A stretch of DNA of 64,000 nucleotides from Christensenellales bacterium (GCA_050309775.1 JBNRMV010000005.1:86292-150291); one strand, 5' to 3'. Shown: positions 32,862 to 42,218, counted from the stretch's first letter. Numbers and translations are program-made. The notes: generated by a model from the sequence alone, not told the origin.

Positions 32862-32890
32862 AAAAAAAAATCGCGCAATTGCTTGTGCGA
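32862..32890 (-). terminator. terminator downstream of tRNA-Ser
   Basis: Minus strand TCGCACAA-GCAA-TTGCGCGA (one mismatch) followed by a run of nine T. Confidence 0.7.
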
Positions 32891-32915
32891 TTCTTTGGCG
32901 CAGCGGTCACGCTGC

Positions 32916-33007
32916 TGGCGGAGAAGCCGGGATTTGAACCCGGGCTACGTTTCTCACGTACTACTCCCTTAGCAGGGGAGCCCCTTCAGCCGCTTGGGTA
33001 CTTCTCC
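32916..33007 (-). tRNA. tRNA-Ser (anticodon GCU), long variable arm, CCA encoded
   Basis: The reverse complement GGAGAAGTACCCAAGCGGCTGAAGGGGCTCCCCTGCTAAGGGAGTAGTACGTGAGAAACGTAGCCCGGGTTCAAATCCCGGCTTCTCCGCCA folds as a class-II tRNA. Anticodon loop CTGCTAA. Confidence 0.95.
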
Positions 33008-33030
33008 AATCCTATTTTATATGCTATAAG

Positions 33031-33059
33031 ATATTAACACACGCATGTGCCTTTGTCAA
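33031..33059 (-). promoter_or_regulatory. promoter of tRNA-Ser
   Basis: Minus strand TTGACA (33054-33059), 17 nt, TGtTAATAT (-10 hexamer 33031-33036). Confidence 0.7.
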
Positions 33060-33140
33060 ATATTTTTTAATAGTGCTTTTGCTGTGATTAAGATTTATTC
33101 ATCAGAGTTGCAATGACATATACTTTATGCCGAATTGCGG

Positions 33141-34193
33141 TTATGTCATTGCCGGTCTTGACCTGTCGGCGATATCCCCTGCATCAAAAAAATTCTCTGT
33201 TATCCTGGACGGGTATTTCAACATTGTAAAGCCGTCAAAATTCATTCTTTCGCTGATTAAACATTTGTCGGAAAATGTGGTATTCATATTTTTACACACG
33301 CTGCAATATACATTAAAGCCGCTTGCCTGAAGCAATCTGAACCTGTCGTCTTTGGCAGAAAACTGCGTACCGTAAGGCGCAATGAAAATATTGCTCTTGC
33401 CCACAATCGGCGCTACTTCGGCATTCCATTTGTTTATGTCGGCTTTCAACTTTTCAAGGGTTATGCTGCCGTCTTTGAAACTGTTTGAATGAGAATAACT
33501 GTGACAAGCAATGTTCCAGCCCTTTCTTTTTAGCGTGTCAGCAACTTTTTTTGCTTGCGCAAACGCCATATCATATGCAGCGCCTTGCAGAGAGTCCGTG
33601 CGGTATCCGAACACGCCCTGATAGCCTGTCACCGCCACAATGCCCTTTGCTCCCTTAAATGAGAAATCCGGATACTTTTTTACAAAACTTTCAACAATGG
33701 GAACGACATCTCCTTTATAATCCGTAAAAGTTCTGTTTGCGTATGTCACCTTTGTTGCCAGATTGCCCTCAACATCGACACATAGGCAGTCGGCAAAGCC
33801 GTCACCTTTCATATATTCATAATAATTTACATCATCGATTGATATTATCAACGGTTTTTTGCCTTTTGGAAAGAGAAAGGGCTTGCCCTGCGCCTGTCGT
33901 ACGGTGTTTATCTCGACAAGAACAAAATTATTTTCATATAACTTTGGCAAAATGCGCTGAAATTCATCTCTTGTCGTCATCCAGTTGTTGTACCCGTCCG
34001 ACTTGTATCCCCTGAACGCCAATTCCGGATAGAGTATCAGACTGTGAAAAAATATGTGATAAACCTTGCCGCTGTAAGGCGCAAGGTCTTGACTGCTGTC
34101 CAAAGCATAAACCTGCGTATTTTCGCCAAAAAAGGCTAACGGAAGCGACAAACAGAGCGTAAAAAGAAAAACGGTAAATATCAGTTTTTTCAT
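33141..34193 (-). CDS. secreted polysaccharide deacetylase-family (NodB-like) protein
   Basis: Signal peptide MKKLIFTVFLFTLCLSLPLAFF. LIISIDDVNYYEYM (Asp-Asp motif) and CHSYSHS motif. Confidence 0.65.
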   Translation of the reverse strand: MKKLIFTVFLFTLCLSLPLAFFGENTQVYALDSSQDLAPYSGKVYHIFFHSLILYPELAFRGYKSDGYNNWMTTRDEFQRILPKLYENNFVLVEINTVRQAQGKPFLFPKGKKPLIISIDDVNYYEYMKGDGFADCLCVDVEGNLATKVTYANRTFTDYKGDVVPIVESFVKKYPDFSFKGAKGIVAVTGYQGVFGYRTDSLQGAAYDMAFAQAKKVADTLKRKGWNIACHSYSHSNSFKDGSITLEKLKADINKWNAEVAPIVGKSNIFIAPYGTQFSAKDDRFRLLQASGFNVYCSVCKNMNTTFSDKCLISERMNFDGFTMLKYPSRITENFFDAGDIADRSRPAMT

Positions 34194-34250
34194 AACTTTA
34201 TTATGTGCTGATTTGCCGTTTTCTATATTAAATCTGTTGTAAGGTTATAT

Positions 34251-35567
34251 CTAGATATATTTCCGCATTTTATTTTGCCACTCCGCCACCTGCCGCTCGT
34301 CATAAACCGCAGGTATTTCTTGGGCGCATGATTTTGCGTCTTTTGAGCGTTGTACGGCGCCTTTGAGTTTCAAAAGCGCATTCAGCTTGGTGATGCCTCT
34401 TTTTATCTTGCCGAACAAAACAGCCTTTGACATTTCTATTTCTTGACCGTTTGCGCCTGCGGCAAGTTCGTCCGCCGTAAGGATTTGTTTATCAAACAAG
34501 AAGTCTATCGCCGAAGGAGCATAGCTCAACAAACAGTTCTTTATTGCGCTTATGGACGCCATTCTTGCTCCCACAGCTTGAAAATACTGCACCTGATATG
34601 TCCAAAGGTTTTCTGTAGAATACTCTTCACCTCTTTCGTCTATGTCAATAATGGTTTCGGCAAGTATCTTTCCTGCAAAAATTGAGTTGGTAATACCCGA
34701 GCCGTTCAAGGGTATGGGCATCGACACCGCATCGCCGACTCCGCCAAAGTTTTTGCCGACAAGCTGCAAAAATGTTGATTTCAGCGGAATGTCAACAATT
34801 TGTCCGCCGCGCAGTATCTTTGTACCAATAGACGGTTGCGCCTTGCGAAGCAGCTCCACAGCCTCATTTACTTTCGCCATATCCAAAGGCTCAACGCTGC
34901 CGATAAGCACATCAGCCATGCCGTCAGTAAGTTTGAACCAAGCAATGCCTTTCAGTCCGGCAAATTTGAAATATGTATTGAACCTTTCGGGGTTGGTTAT
35001 CGGCGCGCCCTCCACCAATTCAAAATATGCGCGGAAGGTATGGAAAACATCGTTGTCTCCATAATCGGGCGCCATATTGTAGCTTTCGGGCAGTCCGCGA
35101 ATAACCGGAGAATACATGCCGGCGCTGTCAATGACAAAATCGGCGGTTATCTCCTCTCCGTCAACAACAAGCCCTGCCACTACTCCATCTTTTATCAGCG
35201 GCGCCGATACGCTTTTTTGAAAGACAATCTTTGCGCCTTTGTTCAAAGCGTTGTTTATAAGATATTTATAAAGCACCTTTCTTTCTATTTCCAGCTCCTG
35301 TTGGTCAGGCGGCATATCATAAGATATGCTTGTGCGCAGGGATGGGGCAAAAAAGGTAGCCTCTTTTCTCATGTGATAGCTGTTCGGGTCATATTCGGTT
35401 ATGCCGGCATATTCAAATGTGCGGTTATTCATGGTGTCATGCCAGTCATGCCCAAGTTTTTCTCTGGGCTTTTTTTCAAAAACCGTCACATCATAACCTT
35501 TTTGCGCAAGATAAGCCGCCGCCACCAGTCCGCCGTGTCCGGCTCCGCCTACAACAATCTTTTTCAT
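34251..35567 (-). CDS. FAD/NAD(P)-binding oxidoreductase (geranylgeranyl-reductase/phytoene-desaturase-like)
   Basis: Rossmann dinucleotide motif KIVVGGAGHGGLVAAAYLAQKGYDVTVFEKK at the N-terminus. 438 aa. GGAGG SD. Confidence 0.7.
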   Translation of the reverse strand: MKKIVVGGAGHGGLVAAAYLAQKGYDVTVFEKKPREKLGHDWHDTMNNRTFEYAGITEYDPNSYHMRKEATFFAPSLRTSISYDMPPDQQELEIERKVLYKYLINNALNKGAKIVFQKSVSAPLIKDGVVAGLVVDGEEITADFVIDSAGMYSPVIRGLPESYNMAPDYGDNDVFHTFRAYFELVEGAPITNPERFNTYFKFAGLKGIAWFKLTDGMADVLIGSVEPLDMAKVNEAVELLRKAQPSIGTKILRGGQIVDIPLKSTFLQLVGKNFGGVGDAVSMPIPLNGSGITNSIFAGKILAETIIDIDERGEEYSTENLWTYQVQYFQAVGARMASISAIKNCLLSYAPSAIDFLFDKQILTADELAAGANGQEIEMSKAVLFGKIKRGITKLNALLKLKGAVQRSKDAKSCAQEIPAVYDERQVAEWQNKMRKYI

Positions 35568-35585
35568 ATTACCTCCGTTTCTTCT

Positions 35586-36515
35586 TTATTGCTTGTTTTC
35601 AATACATTTGTCAAAGAATCCGACAATATCCGCAACAATGCTTTGCTTTTCATAATCGCCGATAAGTTCGTGCCGTACTCCTTCATATAGGCGCATTTTT
35701 ACATTCAGCCCATACTTTTTATAGGTGTCAAAGAGTTTTTTCACCTTGGCGCCCATGCCGCCCAACGGGTCGCAAGCGCCGCTCATTATGAATATAGGCA
35801 AGGTTTTGTCTATCTTTTTCAACTGCTTTGGCCTGTACGCTTTTGGCAACTCACGCATCATGGAATAATAAAATCCATGTGACATAACAAAGTTGCAATA
35901 TGGGTCGGCATTATATTTTTCGACTTTGCTTATATCTCTGCAAAGCCAGACGTTGTCAAGGTTTTCTGTGGCAAAATGCTTGTTGTTGGACTTAAATGTC
36001 ATTTCAAACATCATTTTGTTGGGTTGCTCCATTTGGTAACACAACCGCTGCGCCGCAGTAAGCAACCGTCCAGCAAAAAGTTTTGCCCTGCCCATATGCG
36101 CCGAACCTGACATAATGACGCCGTCAAGCAAGTCACCCTCCACGCTTAAGTACCTTTGCGCCAAAAAAGAGCCGTAGCTGTGGGCAAACATAACAATGGG
36201 CAGCTCATATCTCTGCTTGAGCATTTTTGTTATGGCTATTTCGTCAAAAAGGTTTTCTTGAAAGTTGTGTTTGCCGGCAACCCCCAACCTGTCTAGCCCG
36301 GCAGTTTTGCCATGCGGTCTGTGGTCGTCACCAAAGGCAATATAACCATGTTTGTTCAACTCCCGGGCAAACTCATCAAAGCGCTCCATATGCGAGGTCA
36401 TGCCATGTACAAGCTGTACAACGCCTTTTGGCTGTTCAACTTCGTCCCATAATGCGCAAACAAGTTTTTTCCCGTCGTAACTTATAAATTCAATTTCTCT
36501 CATATACCCATCCAA
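35586..36515 (-). CDS. alpha/beta hydrolase (lysophospholipase/monoacylglycerol-lipase-like)
   Basis: VHGMTSHMERF oxyanion region, nucleophile elbow FAHSYGSF, C-terminal VRHEL His motif. Confidence 0.75.
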   Translation of the reverse strand: MDGYMREIEFISYDGKKLVCALWDEVEQPKGVVQLVHGMTSHMERFDEFARELNKHGYIAFGDDHRPHGKTAGLDRLGVAGKHNFQENLFDEIAITKMLKQRYELPIVMFAHSYGSFLAQRYLSVEGDLLDGVIMSGSAHMGRAKLFAGRLLTAAQRLCYQMEQPNKMMFEMTFKSNNKHFATENLDNVWLCRDISKVEKYNADPYCNFVMSHGFYYSMMRELPKAYRPKQLKKIDKTLPIFIMSGACDPLGGMGAKVKKLFDTYKKYGLNVKMRLYEGVRHELIGDYEKQSIVADIVGFFDKCIENKQ

Positions 36516-36616
36516 ATATCATTATGCCAAACATTATATCATATTTATTCATTGCTTTTCAATAGCAATGTTTTGCTTTTATGCCATACTTTGCCAGTGG
36601 CGGCGTCAAAAATTTC

Positions 36617-36645
36617 TTGACTATTGGGCTACTCTATGTAATAAT
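36617..36645 (+). promoter_or_regulatory. promoter of the oadB-like gene
   Basis: TTGACT (36617-36622), 17 nt, extended -10 TGtAATAAT (36637-36645). Confidence 0.55.
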
Positions 36646-36706
36646 CACATTGATAATTTATTTTTTTAATTTATCATAAACAAAAGAAACTAGCAAGGAG
36701 CATCTT

Positions 36707-37840
36707 ATGGATTTTCTCGTAGAGGGATTGCGTAACATAACAATTCCCATGGTAGCTATGTGGTTAATTGGCGGAACACTCATTTATCTTGGCATAGCAA
36801 AAAAAATGGAGCCTGCGTTGCTTGTAGGACTGGGTTTTGGCGCAATACTTGTTAACCTGCCCTTATCCGGAGCCATAAACCAAATTATGGGCGACAACAT
36901 GCAAGTAAACGGCATTGTCGAATGGCTGTTCAAGGTAGGCATTGAGGCAAGCGAGGCGCTGCCACTGCTGCTTTTCATAGGCATTGGCGCAATGATTGAC
37001 TTTGGACCGCTTCTCTCCAACCCCAGATTATTTTTATTCGGCGCAGCCGCGCAGTTCGGAATATTCCTCACCCTCTTTATTGCGGGATTTTTCTTCCCCT
37101 TGAAAGACGCCGCATCCATATCGATTATCGGAGCCGCCGACGGTCCGACCGCCATACTTGTTTCTCAGATATTAAAAAGCGAGTATATGGGCGCTATCGC
37201 CGTTGCGGCATATTCATATATGGCTCTGGTGCCGATTATTCAGCCGCCCATCGTAAAGTTGATTACCACAAAATCAGAAAGACAAATACGCATGCCCTAC
37301 AACCCGAAGAATGTCAGCAAAATAACAAAACTGCTGTTCCCCGTTATAGTAACGGTTATTGCCGGTCTGATTGCTCCTGCGTCAGTGTCGCTGGTCGGAT
37401 TCATAATGTTCGGCAATCTGCTGCGTGAATGCGGCGTGCTGGACAGCATAGCAAAAACCGCCAGTACGGAGTTCAGCAATATCATAACTTTGCTGTTGGG
37501 CTTGACCATTTCTTTCTCAATGAAAGCCGAAAACTTTATTCGCTGGGATACCCTGCTTATTATGGCGCTGGGACTGTTTGCCTTTGTATTTGATACCATA
37601 GGCGGAGTCATGTTCGCAAAGCTCATAAACCTTTTCTCAAAGAAAAAAATAAATCCCATTATCGGCGCTGCAGGAATTTCCGCATTTCCCATGGCTGCCC
37701 GTGTGGCGCAAAAACTGGCGCTGACTGAAGACCCGCAAAACCACATACTTATGCATGCCGTAGGCGCAAACATTGCCGGGCAAATAGGCTCGGTTGTGGC
37801 AGGCGGCGTTGTGCTGGGCATGATAGCCCAAATGTTGTAA
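36707..37840 (+). CDS. sodium-ion-translocating decarboxylase beta subunit (OadB/GcdB/MmdB family)
   Basis: 377 aa, polytopic. N-terminus WLIGGTLIYLGIAKKMEPALLVGLGFGAILVNLP and IGAADGPTAI are characteristic of this family. AAGGAG SD. Confidence 0.85.
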   Translation: MDFLVEGLRNITIPMVAMWLIGGTLIYLGIAKKMEPALLVGLGFGAILVNLPLSGAINQIMGDNMQVNGIVEWLFKVGIEASEALPLLLFIGIGAMIDFGPLLSNPRLFLFGAAAQFGIFLTLFIAGFFFPLKDAASISIIGAADGPTAILVSQILKSEYMGAIAVAAYSYMALVPIIQPPIVKLITTKSERQIRMPYNPKNVSKITKLLFPVIVTVIAGLIAPASVSLVGFIMFGNLLRECGVLDSIAKTASTEFSNIITLLLGLTISFSMKAENFIRWDTLLIMALGLFAFVFDTIGGVMFAKLINLFSKKKINPIIGAAGISAFPMAARVAQKLALTEDPQNHILMHAVGANIAGQIGSVVAGGVVLGMIAQML

Positions 37841-37856
37841 TAGGAGGACAAACAAT

Positions 37857-38012
37857 ATGATTTCTGCATTTTCCACAGCATTAGTAGACGAAACCCTTTT
37901 GCTTCTCGGCGGCGGAATGCTGGGTGTATTCCTTGTCATAGGCATCATAATGGGCGTTGTTTATTTTTTGAATTATGTCACCAACAAAAAGAAAGACAAA
38001 GCAAAAGAATAA
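37857..38012 (+). CDS. small OadG-like (decarboxylase gamma-chain-like) membrane protein, 51 aa
   Basis: Below the ORF-track size cut-off. TAGGAGGA SD 8 nt upstream. MISAFSTALVDETLLLLGGGMLGVFLVIGIIMGVVYFLNYVTNKKKDKAKE: one TM helix with a G-rich face and a basic tail, as in OadG. Confidence 0.6.
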   Translation: MISAFSTALVDETLLLLGGGMLGVFLVIGIIMGVVYFLNYVTNKKKDKAKE

Positions 38013-38042
38013 CATTTTTCTTTGATTCTCATTCCAAAACAA

Positions 38043-38068
38043 AAAGAGGCTGCCTAGCCTCTTTTTTT
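38043..38068. terminator. bidirectional rho-independent terminator
   Basis: AAAGAGGCT-GCCT-AGCCTCTTT followed by a T-run on + (38062-38068) and by TTTTTGTTTT on -. Confidence 0.8.
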
Positions 38069-38104
38069 CATTAAATGCTATTCCGCTTTGTTGGACAACA
38101 ATCC

Positions 38105-38230
38105 CTAAAGTGTCTTGTCCTTGTCCTTGTTTTTTGCCCGCTTTTTTGCGGCAAACAGCGTATAAAAAAATCCGCCTGTGAAACAAAGCGCAAAAATAAC
38201 TGCAATGATAATCCAATATTTATAATCCAT
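38105..38230 (-). CDS. possible 41-aa single-pass membrane peptide
   Basis: MDYKYWIIIAVIFALCFTGGFFYTLFAAKKRAKNKDKDKTL. It sits exactly between two terminators. Weak SD (AGGGAA). No homology evidence. Confidence 0.3.
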   Translation of the reverse strand: MDYKYWIIIAVIFALCFTGGFFYTLFAAKKRAKNKDKDKTL

Positions 38231-38255
38231 TTTGTGTTCCCTGTGCGGTATTTGC

Positions 38256-38281
38256 AAAAAAACCACATTGCGTGGTTTTTT
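38256..38281 (-). terminator. rho-independent terminator after rubredoxin
   Basis: AACCAC-ATTGC-GTGGTT stem extended by complementary A and T runs. Confidence 0.75.
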
Positions 38282-38310
38282 GCCGTTCTGCTTTATGTTT
38301 TTTTTGACTG

Positions 38311-38451
38311 TTATTCGTCGAGTAGTTCGAACTCATCTTGGGGCGCTCCGCATACCGGGCAAACCCAATCTCCGTCGAGGTCGGCGAATTTTACGCCCTC
38401 TTCTTCTTCGTCATAGACATAGTTGCAGATTGTGCAAATATATTTTGCCAT
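38311..38451 (-). CDS. rubredoxin
   Basis: [19 protein letters not shown]...[13 protein letters not shown] with two CxxC pairs. GGAGG 7 nt upstream of ATG 38451; the track ORF starts further upstream. Confidence 0.9.
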   Translation of the reverse strand: MAKYICTICNYVYDEEEEGVKFADLDGDWVCPVCGAPQDEFELLDE

Positions 38452-38518
38452 TTTGTTGCCTCCTAACTTATGGTAATTATACTTTAGCATCAAAACAGCA
38501 TTGTGTCAATATGGTATT

Positions 38519-38779
38519 TTATTCAATCGCCATATCAAAAACATTCTTTATGTCGCTCTTGTCTGCGGCGCCCTCATGCACTTTTTTTTCGTCAATATAA
38601 AAACACGGCACCAAATAGTAATCATAGCGGTTGGCCAGCGCTCTGTTCTGGCTCTCCTCTATCATTTCAATAGTTATGTCCTTGTATTTTTCTTCTGAGT
38701 TTTGAAGCTCATCGATATATTTCAAGGCTTTTTTGCAATACGGGCAATATGCCAGGTAAAATAATTTCAAATTTTTCAT
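38519..38779 (-). CDS. glutaredoxin/thioredoxin-fold protein (CPYC active site)
   Basis: KLFYLAYCPYCKKALKYIDEL. 86 aa. The start overlaps the upstream stop (ATGA). Confidence 0.75.
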   Translation of the reverse strand: MKNLKLFYLAYCPYCKKALKYIDELQNSEEKYKDITIEMIEESQNRALANRYDYYLVPCFYIDEKKVHEGAADKSDIKNVFDMAIE

Positions 38780-39579
38780 TTTAAGATAGCCCTCATATAT
38801 CCTGCGTAATTTGGTATGATAACAAACGGTTCTTCAAGGTTTTTGTTCCATCTCTTGACCCATTCCAACGAAAGAAAACCGTCATAACCGATTTCTTTCA
38901 GCGCAAACACAGCCTTTTTGACAGGCACATCGCCGTATCCAAGAAGTTTATACACTGTTGTGCCGTTTTCGGTCTTGCTGTCTTTTATGTGAACATATTT
39001 TATATAATCCCTTATGTTGCTTATGGTTTCTTCAATGCTTTCGCCGTTGAAGCGGTAAGGGTGGTTTATGTCCCAAAGTATTCCCTTGTTCTGGCTGGGG
39101 ATACTCTCCATAAATTCTCTCAGCACTTTGGTGTCGGCAAACATTCCGTTGGTTTCCATAATCGGAACAACGCCTTTGGCTTCGCCGTATTGGCAAACCT
39201 CAAGATATTGTTTTTTTGCCAACGCAATGTCGCCGCCGTCCTTTTGCGGTATGCCTGTCGGCATAACTCTGACATATGCTGCCTCCAGCTTTTCAGCAAG
39301 GTCAATGTATGCCTTTGCCTCCGCTACTGCGCTGTCTTTCTTGCTGTGGTCGGCCAGGCAGGCGCTGCTGGTAAGACAGCTTATGACAACACCTGCTTTT
39401 TGCAGCCTTTCTTTTGTGGCGGCTATGTTTTCGGGTCTGAATACCTTTACGGCGGGAGCGTACATTTCGTCAGAAATACCTCTTATTTCGATGCCGTCAA
39501 AACCAAAGTCCACAGCGGTAGAGAATATTTCGTCAAAATCCCATCTCGGGCAGGCTATTGTTGAAAATGCAAGTTTCAT
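38776..39579 (-). CDS. sugar-phosphate isomerase/epimerase (xylose-isomerase-like TIM barrel)
   Basis: KLAFSTIACP...FDGIEIRG N-terminus, WDINHP, VHIKD and LSLEW motifs typical of the AP-endonuclease-2/TIM family. Confidence 0.75.
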   Translation of the reverse strand: MKLAFSTIACPRWDFDEIFSTAVDFGFDGIEIRGISDEMYAPAVKVFRPENIAATKERLQKAGVVISCLTSSACLADHSKKDSAVAEAKAYIDLAEKLEAAYVRVMPTGIPQKDGGDIALAKKQYLEVCQYGEAKGVVPIMETNGMFADTKVLREFMESIPSQNKGILWDINHPYRFNGESIEETISNIRDYIKYVHIKDSKTENGTTVYKLLGYGDVPVKKAVFALKEIGYDGFLSLEWVKRWNKNLEEPFVIIPNYAGYMRAILK

Positions 39580-39605
39580 AATAACTTCTCCTTTTTTGCG
39601 CTTTG

Positions 39606-41264
39606 TTATGCCGTAACTATTGAGGCTGCCTCATGAAGTTTGAGTATATCTATGGCGTCCTCACGCAGTTTGTATTTTTGAATTTTGCCGCTGGCGGTGA
39701 CGGGAAAACTGTCCATAAACCGAACATAACTTGGGGTCTTGTGCCGCGCCATATGGCTCTTTACATATGCTTTTACTTCTTCCTCGGTCATTTCTTCGCC
39801 GTCTTTCAGAATTATGCAAGCCATAACCTCCTCTCCGTACTGTTTTGAGGGTACGCCGATAACCTGTACATCTCTGATTTTTGGGTGAGTGTAAAGGAAT
39901 TCTTCAATTTCTTTGGGATAAATATTTTCTCCGCCGCGAATAATCATATCCTTTATTCTGCCTACAATTTTGTAATAGCCCTCCTCGTCCACGGTGCTGA
40001 GGTCGCCTGTATGCAACCAGCCGTCCTTGTCGATAGCTTGCGCCGTTGCTTCGGGCATCTTGTAATAGCCTTTCATTATGTTATAGCCTCTTGCGCAAAA
40101 CTCTCCCGGCTTATGCGGCGGACAAATCTCGCCTGTTTCGGGGTCAATGATTTTTGTTTCGACTCCGGGGAACGACTTGCCCACTGTGTTGACACGGGCT
40201 TCTATGGGGTCATGGATTGTCGTCATTGTGCAGCCGGGCGACGCCTCTGTCTGCCCATAGACTATTACTATGTCTTTCATGCCCATATCGGAAATAACCT
40301 GCCGCATTACTTTTATCGGACAGGGCGAACCAGCCATAATACCCGTACGCAGATTCAGTTTGTAATTTTTGAATTCTGGGTGGTCAAGCAGCGCAATAAA
40401 CATTGTCGGCACGCCGTGAAGCGCCGTACAATGTTCTTCTTCGCAAGCCTTCAGCACCTTGAGCGGCTGAAAATACTCTACCGGCACCATGCTTGTGGCA
40501 TGAGTTAAGCAAGCCATAACCGCCAGCACCAGTCCGAAACAATGGAACAGCGGCACGGTTATGCACAGCCTGTCCTTATTGGTGAAATTCATGCCGTCGC
40601 CTATGGTTTTTCCGTTGTTGACTATATTGTTGTGCGTCAGCATAACGCCTTTTGGAAAACCTGTCGTACCCGAAGTATATTGCATATTTATGACATCTTC
40701 GGGGTGCAAGCTATCTATGACTTCTTGCAGTTGCTCATCGCTGATATCTTTGCCCAACTCTTTCAAATCCTCAAACCTGCGCATACCCTGCGGAAGATTT
40801 TTCCCGACATGTATAACATGTTCCAGATAAGGGAATTTTTCTGATTTCAAGGCGCCATTGACGGCAGAACTCATTTCGGGGCAAACCTCGTTCATAATAC
40901 TTATGTAATCGGCGTCTTTGAAACCGTCAGTAAGTACAAGCGCTTTTGTATCCGATTGCCGCAGCAGGTATTCCAACTCAAATGCCTTGTAGCTGGTGTT
41001 TACCGTCACAAGTATTGCGCCGATTTTTGCGGTAGAAAAGAAAGTCAGCAACCATTCGGGAACATTGGTTGCCCAAATCGCCACATGGTCGCCTTTTTTG
41101 ATGCCCAGCTTCAGCCAGCCTTTGGCTATTGCCGTCACCTCTTCTTCCAGTTCCGCCCAAGTTCTTGTATAGTCACGGTCATTGTATTTTATGGCAACTT
41201 CTTCAGCGTGGTTCTTCGCAAGATTGGTTATAGTTTGTCCTACTGTTTGGTTAAGTACTTCCAT
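39606..41264 (-). CDS. AMP-forming acyl-CoA synthetase (fatty-acid--CoA ligase family)
   Basis: YTSGTTGFPKGVMLTH AMP-binding signature, YGQTE, GWLHTGD, and C-terminal SGKIQK. Confidence 0.85.
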   Translation of the reverse strand: MEVLNQTVGQTITNLAKNHAEEVAIKYNDRDYTRTWAELEEEVTAIAKGWLKLGIKKGDHVAIWATNVPEWLLTFFSTAKIGAILVTVNTSYKAFELEYLLRQSDTKALVLTDGFKDADYISIMNEVCPEMSSAVNGALKSEKFPYLEHVIHVGKNLPQGMRRFEDLKELGKDISDEQLQEVIDSLHPEDVINMQYTSGTTGFPKGVMLTHNNIVNNGKTIGDGMNFTNKDRLCITVPLFHCFGLVLAVMACLTHATSMVPVEYFQPLKVLKACEEEHCTALHGVPTMFIALLDHPEFKNYKLNLRTGIMAGSPCPIKVMRQVISDMGMKDIVIVYGQTEASPGCTMTTIHDPIEARVNTVGKSFPGVETKIIDPETGEICPPHKPGEFCARGYNIMKGYYKMPEATAQAIDKDGWLHTGDLSTVDEEGYYKIVGRIKDMIIRGGENIYPKEIEEFLYTHPKIRDVQVIGVPSKQYGEEVMACIILKDGEEMTEEEVKAYVKSHMARHKTPSYVRFMDSFPVTASGKIQKYKLREDAIDILKLHEAASIVTA

Positions 41265-41279
41265 ACGCTCCTCTTTTCG

Positions 41280-42005
41280 TCAGTATTTTATGTTGATTGC
41301 AAGAAATCTGTTTACATCAAAATATTTCCACGGTATGTCGTCTACCGGAGGATACACTCTGTAAACAAGTTTTTCCCTGGTAATGGGGTGAAAAAATTTC
41401 AACTCGGTCGCCCACAGCGCAATATTTACGCCGGGCATTGTGCGGCCCTCGGCATATTTTTGGTCGCCGAACAGCGGCGTGCCGATAGCCGACATCTGCA
41501 CTCTAATTTGGTGGCTTCTGCCTGTTATTAAACGAATGTCTACCAAACTCATTTTGTCGTTGGTCAGCAGCACTTTGTAGTCAAGTACGGCTTTCTTTGC
41601 GCCTTCGGTAGCCATAGGCACGGTATAAACCATGTTTTTTGCGGTATCCTTAAACAAATAATGCACAAGTTCGCCCTGTTTTTCTTTTGGAGTGCCGTGT
41701 ACTATGGTGAAATACCTCTTTTCTATTTCGTTGTTGCGCAATTCTTCAGACAATCTTCTTGCGGCTTTTGAGGTCTTTGCGAACACCATGACGCCGCCCG
41801 TCGGACGGTCCAAACGATGAACCAGCCCAAGAAATGCGTCGCCTTTTTTGTCGTATTTTTTTATTAAATACTCTTTCAGCAAGCTCACCATATCCTTGTC
41901 GCCCGTCTCGTCGGGGCAAGCCGGCACATTCTGCGGCTTGACCACAACAAGAATGTGGTTGTCCTCAAAAATGATATTTATGTCGTCTATATCAAAATTT
42001 TTCAT
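41280..42005 (-). CDS. RluA-family pseudouridine synthase
   Basis: HRLDRPTGGVMVFAKT catalytic-Asp motif and GRSHQIRVQM motif. Confidence 0.85.
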   Translation of the reverse strand: MKNFDIDDINIIFEDNHILVVVKPQNVPACPDETGDKDMVSLLKEYLIKKYDKKGDAFLGLVHRLDRPTGGVMVFAKTSKAARRLSEELRNNEIEKRYFTIVHGTPKEKQGELVHYLFKDTAKNMVYTVPMATEGAKKAVLDYKVLLTNDKMSLVDIRLITGRSHQIRVQMSAIGTPLFGDQKYAEGRTMPGVNIALWATELKFFHPITREKLVYRVYPPVDDIPWKYFDVNRFLAINIKY

Positions 42006-42218
42006 ACTATTCCTTATGATTATTTACTAAATATTATAATAAATATACGCGCCTTTGTCAATTCGAAAAATACTTACCAATAATAAATAAAGCGTTGTTT
42101 TTTTACCGCAACTCATTATCGGGCAAGACTTGCGGCATAAACGGTTATTATTTGTTTGATTTGAGATTGCATAAATTCATTTATAACAAACAAACTAGCA
42201 CTAAAGAGAGGTAATTTT

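Noticed and set aside
32795-33037. 80-aa + ORF overlapping tRNA-Ser
   Set aside because: It lies directly over a perfectly folding tRNA gene on the opposite strand, together with that gene's promoter and terminator. It is not credible as coding.
34800-35690. 296-aa + ORF spanning the junction of two minus-strand genes
   Set aside because: It crosses the intergenic SD region of the FAD-oxidoreductase gene and looks like a random sequence. The two minus-strand genes have clear Rossmann and GxSxG motifs.
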